A DNA stretch of 64,000 nucleotides from NCBI RefSeq assembly GCF_009914755.1, contig NC_060928.1; one strand, given 5' to 3'. Positions 57,570 through 64,000 of this stretch are shown here, one piece after another. The DNA comes from the human T2T-CHM13v2.0 reference genome, Homo sapiens. Each line of letters starts with the position of its first letter. The stretch's first letter is position 1. Position numbers and translations under genes: made by a program. Under the pieces are notes generated by a model. That model did not search any database. It worked only from the letters and a program-made list of their open reading frames with translations, and was not told where the DNA came from.

Positions 57570-57760
57570 TAAAACATGACTCTGAAACTTACTAGATATT
57601 GGACATTGACTTGTTCGCCTAACTTCTCCAAGCTTTCTCAGTCTTTTAATTTGGAGACCAGGCATGAAAAATATTTATTTCACAGAATTGTAGTGAGGGT
57701 TAAATATTTAAGATAAGGTACCTGACACATAGTGGGCACTCTCCAAGAGTGGTAGCTTAA
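57570..57760 (+). mobile_element. MIR
   Basis: ttcacagaattgtagtgagggttaaat...cctgacacatagtgggcactc. Confidence 0.7.
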
Positions 57761-59017
57761 AACATGCAAATAACAATTCTTGGCTCCTTATTCTGTGCTC
57801 TGGACTTACATGTGAGTTCTCAGCTAGGAGTTAAGGCTCATTCTGAAACTAAGCTAGTGACCTGGTCCTTCATGTGCTCCAGCACCTGCAAACAACGTGT
57901 ATACTCTTCCCTGGAGCAAGAACACCAAAGAAGTGAGGTGGAGTGCTTCCTTCTTTTAGTCCTCTAGTTGTCAGCTGGAATACTGACTGCTATGAATGAA
58001 CTGACCACCTGGTACTATGCTTCTGGTGGTCATTATCATCCAGCCCTTACAACACACAAGTTCACTATGCTCTACCCACTACCCCTAGAGATCAGGATCA
58101 TTGTCCTCAGGCCTGTCCTGCCTAGTTCTTTTGCTTCCTCCTTTTCCCATTTGTTCAGGGTATTAAAATCCCAAAACCCTGCAAGACTCTGCCCAGTCAA
58201 ATTATGAACACTAAACACCGAACTCCAAAGTCTAACCCACAATGTTTATAGTATGCTGTAGATACATCTGACTTATATTAAGACACTTCAGGGAACTTAT
58301 GTGACTCAACACTCAATGCTGACCAAGATGGCCCCCTAATCTAGGCCAGATGGCAAACTGATCATTAACTTCATTCTGATGGACTTGTTTTCCCCAAAAT
58401 GAGCTGTTATAATTAATCCTCTGTTATCTGGCATTTTATCAACAAATATCATTCATTAACTAACATTTTCCCTGCCAGTTCAACTACAATTAATTATCAC
58501 AATGATAAGCTGTGGCACTAAGGGATTCTGAAATCATCTCAGGATTCAGAGAGTGACAGAAAGAGAATAAGAGAGAGAATGAGAGACAGCAAGAGAGAGA
58601 GGTCAAATCATGCTCAGTAGAATTTTAATATTAAGGGTATAAAGCATTGCTTCTGCAGTGTCCTGGAAACCCCATCCCATTTATACAAATGCCCCAGATA
58701 ACGTCTCCTAATGGGGCTGTCATGTAATATATAGAAAATCAACATACTTTAGAGTTGGCTGAATTTCTTCAGCAAGCATGGCCTCATCCCCACCCTACAA
58801 TCGCAGTACCCCATCCCTGGCATAGGTCAAGTCCATAGAGGTGAAGCAAATCTATCTAATCCTGGCAGAGACAATATATCACTCAGTATCATTGTATTTA
58901 CCATCCTACACTTTAAAAGAAAACAAACTCCTTACCCTGATCCTACAGCTTTTCAGAATGATTAAAAATCTTTTCTGAAATATGTCATGGCCAGAATCTC
59001 AATGAAAAAAATGTGAC

Positions 59018-59047
59018 AAACCAAAACCAAACCAAACCAAAACAAAA

Positions 59048-59085
<38 letters not shown>

Positions 59086-59092
59086 CACACAC
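59018..59092. repeat. (CAAAA/CCAAA)n plus (CA)n compound microsatellite
   Basis: Direct inspection. Confidence 0.95.
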
Positions 59093-59329
59093 AAAACAGA
59101 ACATAATAAAACAAACTGGATACAACAACTTTTCTTCTGGGTTTTGGAATTAATTTTTACTTCTTAAGGATTGTTAACTTCAGCAATGGGATGAGTGCCC
59201 CATTTGGTACATGGTAGGCATTGAAGGCATTTTGGTTTGTTTGTATAACAAGAGTTAATAAAAAAATGTAGGTTTCCTGCAGCCAACTTCCAAAAATATA
59301 TAATAAATATTTGAATGATACGTGTTTCC

Positions 59330-60600
59330 AAGTAGGAAGCGGTCTGTTTTTCTGGATTTGAGTCTGTTGTAGGAGCTACACGCAGCCTGCCTCATTGCTC
59401 ACAACACTACACCACAACTGTGTGGTTGACGCTGGAACTGTGGCAATGGAGCCACTTGAGGGCTACGGGGTTAGGCAGAGTAAATGAACCAGCCTCAAAA
59501 CCAAGGCCGTCTCCCTCTGCAAAAAGATAAAAGGAAGGAAGCAACAAAAGGTGGATATCTTCATAAAAACATTCTCAGATAGAGCATCTCATGTAATTCA
59601 CAGCAGACACGCCAAGACATGATAAGATTCTTGTTATTGGGATTTTAATGATCCCAGAGTCCTGCTGCGTCAGTGTCCTGTCATATCAGCTCTGTGGCTT
59701 TTGGAAAAAAAGAGCATGGTGTTTTCTGAAAGTCGGAAGGCCATTGTGACTCATTTCTGAGACTCTCTCCCACTTAGGTATATCAAATAGGTATGCTGCT
59801 TTGATCAGGTTAAATTTTTAAAGCCCAAGGGCACTGAGGATGTGGCCATGTTAATAATGCAGAGCCGCAAAAACTTTAGGAAATATCCTGTTATCCCATC
59901 AGTGTGGGCAGCAAGCCTTGGGTAGCACCAGCAAACCCTGAGAGATCCTGCCAGATGGAAAGCTGGCACTGATGGGAACAAATTCTGCCCCAGAGGATCT
60001 TCTTTGAGAGTAACCCTTAGGGCAAATGGATCACTCTGCAAAAAGCTTACTGGAGAAATATAGGGGTAGGTAATCACATGTTTGATTTCTTGCAATCCAG
60101 GTTCCAAGCTCAAGAAAACCTATTCCCAGATATAAAGTCAAAAAGAGAGAATAAAGCCAAAAACTAGGATGAAGGAGAATGATCACATAGTTACTAAAAG
60201 AATTAAAATGTACAAGGAAAGACAATAAACATCAGAAAGGAAGAAGAAGAGAATAAATGTGTGAAAAAGACCTAAGATCAGGCCCTTGATTAGCAGGGAG
60301 AAAAGAATCTGAACAAGGCAAGTAAGGGAACCCCTACTGCAAGGTACTGCCTCGGTACCGGAGCACAGCAGGCAAGAAAGACTGCTCGCAATCTCCAAAG
60401 AAAACATTTCAGAACAAGAGAAAATGAGGTAAGTTGTGCTTTGATCGCTTGCATTACGCGGCGGACCCAAGTTCGCTTGAATGGTAAACGAGCGATGATT
60501 TGTAATAAACGGTTTAGGCTGTGGGGTTGGCTCTTCAGTCCTAACACAGTCCCACTCTCTGGGGACGAGTCATACTAGTGGCCACATGCCTTATAGGATT
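59330..60600 (+). promoter_or_regulatory. Candidate promoter/enhancer with possible exon ending at 60428
   Basis: No recognisable repeat; local CpG retention at 60350-60570; strong donor GAG|GTAAGT preceded by ATG; AP-1, RUNX and ETS-like motifs upstream. Confidence 0.4.
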
Positions 60601-60999
60601 TGGTGTCACCCAGAGAAAGAGAAAAAAATCTAAGACAAGCATCTCTCATTGTCACTATTAATAGGAACTTAGAGACTGATTTTTGGATCACTTGCTCTTA
60701 AACTGTATTCAGATGTTGTGAAACTGGCTGGCTGACAAATCTAATCAAATTAACTCCACCTTAAAGCAAAACCCTGTTTCGCTTTTTTGCTAGCGCACTT
60801 TTTTAATTATTCAAGCAAAACAGCTTTCTTATTCAATTTGAAATCTGTATTTGTGCACAAGTTTGTCTCACATTGCTCAACATCATCTATTAACTGTTTA
60901 CACACAGCAGTGATTCTCCAAAACTATTTTTGATCTTCTAAACACATATTTAAAACACATACAAACAGAAGAAAACACTCTGAAATAAAATACACTTTA

Positions 61000-61320
61000 T
61001 TCTATTATATTATTATATACACTATTTTATTTATTTATGTTATTATTATTTTTCTTTGAGACAGGGTCTCACTCTGTCTCCCAGGCTGGGATGAAGTGGT
61101 GCAATCGTGTCTCACTATAGCCTTAACCTCCTAGGCTCAAGTGCTCCTCCCATCTCAGCCTCCCAAGTAGCTGGGACTACAAGCACGTGCCACCATGCCT
61201 GGCTATTTTCTTCCCCCACCATATTACCCAGGTTTGTCTCAAACTCCTGGGCTCCAATGATCTGCCAGCCTTGGCCTCCCAACATGTTAGGATTATAGGT
61301 ATGAGCCACCGCACCTGGCC
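61000..61320 (-). mobile_element. Alu (AluJ-like) with AT-rich degenerate tail
   Basis: gagacagggtctcactctgtctcccaggctgg...ctcctaggctcaagtgctcctccc...gagccaccgcacctggcc. Confidence 0.94.
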
Positions 61321-62399
61321 AATATACATTATTTTTATCATAACCAATCCTCCCTTTTTAAAATTTCCTCTGAGACTTCTTCCCAAGTTAATCATCAATT
61401 ACTACAGAGTAAATTTTTTCAAGGGGAAAAAAGTCCTTCTATTTCAAATATACTATGAAATAATATCTTCATCTTAAAAACATGATTACAAGCATCTTTT
61501 AAAATATTATCCTTTCCTTTCAATGAAAACGTTTTGTACAAATAACTTGGGAAACAAAAATGCTTTTCCTGGTCAAGTAGGGATTTTTTTCAGACAGCTC
61601 CTCTGCTGCCCTCTAAAGTTCAAGAAAAACATAACAGCTCTACTTTGCAGACAGCATTTTTTTTCCACTGAAATACCAGGATTCTCTAAACTTCAAAGAT
61701 AATTGGACTCATTAGTCTCTGCTCTCAATACAGTGTGGCCAGGCACGTCTGCTCAAAGTGTACATGTGATAATACCGAAATTAAAAAAAAGCTTAAAGGG
61801 CAGGTGTTGATGGTATTTTTAATGCCATTGCTACTAAATGTGTCCCTATGATTCATGTGTTACTACACAACATAATCATGTAAATAGCCAGAATTTTATG
61901 TTTGGAAAATAATCCATAATTTTTGGGATGTTCATAATTTGTGTTTTGCGCTTTTCTGTTAACTACGCCACAATTGTGGCCGAAATATAATAAAAATGAG
62001 GACAGTAGGCATAATATTGGGACTGTCTGCTAAGAAATAATACATAAAGCTATGACTCAGAAAGTGATGTATGTTGCTTCCTGAACTCACCCACTTTAAT
62101 GACAGAGCCAGGGCCTTGACATCGGGACAGATTATTAGAACGTGAAGGTTGGTACTGCCGGTTCAGAGAAAGGAGGCAAGAGATTAGCAAAAAGCAGGCT
62201 GTATAATGACTAGTCTGGAGTGGAGAAGGGAGGGAGATTAGCTCCTTTCTGTTCTTTATGTTAGGGACAAGGCATAGAGCAAAAGAAGAAAAGAGGAAAG
62301 GAGAAAGGGAAGAAAGGAAAGAGAGAAGCAAGAGGCAGGGAAGAAAATGCAATATAGAATATTCATTGAGCCTCTTCTTTGAACTAAGTACTTTAACTT

Positions 62400-62510
62400 G
62401 TTCACAATAATCTTGTAACATGCTACTATCTGTTCTACAGATGAGAAAATTGAACTTCAGGAAAAATAGATAATGTGGTTTAGTTGTACAGGTTGTGTAC
62501 AGTGCAGCCA
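62400..62510 (-). mobile_element. MIR fragment
   Basis: tctgttctacagatgagaaaattgaacttcagg. Confidence 0.6.
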
Positions 62511-62917
62511 AGTGCAGAAAGGAAAGGCAAATGCACTAGACATTGCTTTCTCTGCACTTCTCTATGCTTTAACCAAATAACCTTCTGAGTTCCAGCTAGG
62601 GAGCTGGCAGGAGAGATGAAGAAGCATATGAAAAAATAAAGAGAGGCACACAGTCACAGACAAGAAGGAGGATTAAGGGTAATTACAACCCCAAAGAGCT
62701 TGTGGTGACTCACTAAAAAGCCACAGGGAGAAGCAGTTAGTTACAAGAGAATTCTTGGCCAAACGCCCAATTCAAGGGCCAGCTGTTGATAATTTAACAA
62801 AAAAAAAAAAAGTCCTCTTTGAAAACCTAAAATCATTAGAGAAGTACTTTTCACTTCAGCTCTGCATCAGCACTTAGTTTGGATCAGCAGCCAGGATGGG
62901 GCATTAATGCTTTAGGT

Positions 62918-63110
62918 AGAGGGGGTCTCAAAATATGGCTCTTGGATCAGCAGCATCAGCATCTTCTAGGGATTGGTATAAACATAAATTCTCAATGCTC
63001 TCCCTACCTCCAGGCTCACAAAATAGGCATATCTAGGGGTGGGGTCTAGAAATCTCTGTTTTAACAAGGCTTGCAGGAGATTGTGGTGCATGCTTAAATT
63101 TGAGAACTAG
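62918..63110. mobile_element. MER5A
   Basis: tctcaaaatatggctcttggatcagcagcatcagcatc...ggggtggggtctagaaatctctgttttaacaagg...aaatttgagaac. Confidence 0.85.
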
Positions 63111-63639
63111 GTTTGTATAAGTCCTTTAATTTGTTTGGCAAGTACTCTCTGTGGCTTTTACTATCAAGGCAAGTTTGAGAAGTTCTGTTTTTAGGGATTG
63201 AGGAAAAACTTTTGCCCTAGGCCCACTGAAAAATGCTTCCTTCCTCTGGAGAAAGCGATAGTAATTCAGATTCTCTTCCCTCATTTCAGCTGTGGATTCA
63301 TTGAAATTAGGGCAGTAGAGTACTAATTCCCAGAGTCCTAATAAATTTGACTTCCTACTTCTGGGTGGAGGAACAGAATTGGGAGAGTTGCAGAAGCTAG
63401 GGAATTAAGAGAATAATAATTAGCAAATTTTATCGGAATCTTTATCTCTGTATTTCAGTTCTAGAAATTGAGTATTTTATATATTTTATCATGATTATAT
63501 AAATGGAGCTAAATGAGTTTCCTGAAATTTACATTTTATGCACAGAAAACAGGCTCTGCCAATATTTATATGTTCTAGTTCCTATAGATTGTAGAGAAAG
63601 GGGAATGAGACAGTAAACAATGGGCTTAATTTCCTTTTC

Positions 63640-63790
63640 AACAGGGCTTCATAATTCAGTATCAATCTTGTGGAACAGATATTCCCATTTCACAGGTGAG
63701 GAAACTGAGTCTTCTCTGGCTACCTACTCAGCTATGGGCAAGATTCAAAAAGAATTCCTCCATCCCTGGATTTTAAATTCAAATGAGAGG
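63640..63790 (-). mobile_element. MIR
   Basis: attcccatttcacaggtgaggaaactgagtc. Confidence 0.7.
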
Positions 63791-64000
63791 ACCTATGGTA
63801 TCCCTTTGGGGTCAGAAAATACATCATACTTTATTTTATGTCCCTAATAATATCTGGTAAAACATCTGACAAACCATTTAATCGATTTCTAAATAAAAAT
63901 ATTCTTCTTTCTTTTTATTGGTTGCATTTGGAGAAAGAAAACAAATACTTCATGAACTGAAATGTATCTGCATCTTTTCTTGGCATGAATTCACTTTCTA

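Noticed and set aside
60350-60570. CpG island
   Set aside because: Too short and not GC-rich enough by eye for a classical island; kept only as local CpG retention.
62050-62511. 153-aa hydrophobic minus-strand ORF resembling a membrane protein
   Set aside because: The Leu/Ser/Phe richness comes from a GA-rich low-complexity tract and a MIR.

Overview
Primate (human or great ape) genomic DNA: AT-rich, CpG-depleted and dominated by interspersed repeats (AluJ/S/Y, L1PA/L1MA/L1MB/L1MC, L2, MIR, MaLR/ERVL LTRs, hAT and Tigger DNA transposons) plus microsatellites. It looks intergenic or deep-intronic. I cannot support any intact cellular protein-coding gene, RNA gene or CRISPR array, and I see no clearly new biological system. 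The supplied ORFs are Alu-, L1- or L2-derived, or chance ORFs. The most notable structures are: (1) a 5'-truncated L1PA carrying an apparent 3' transduction, inserted into an AluJ tail within a deeply nested transposon stack (34.4-41.8 kb); (2) a roughly 2 kb, heavily decayed Gypsy-like gag-PR-RT-RNaseH relic (22.85-24.86 kb); (3) a roughly 630 bp degenerate inverted-repeat structure (19.9-20.5 kb); (4) two short non-tandem direct duplications; (5) a fold-back inversion at an old L1 junction (56.6-56.8 kb); (6) a CpG-retaining candidate promoter or first exon ending ATGAG|GTAAGT at 60.4 kb. All repeat subfamily names were assigned by eye, without RepeatMasker, and boundaries of old elements are approximate.
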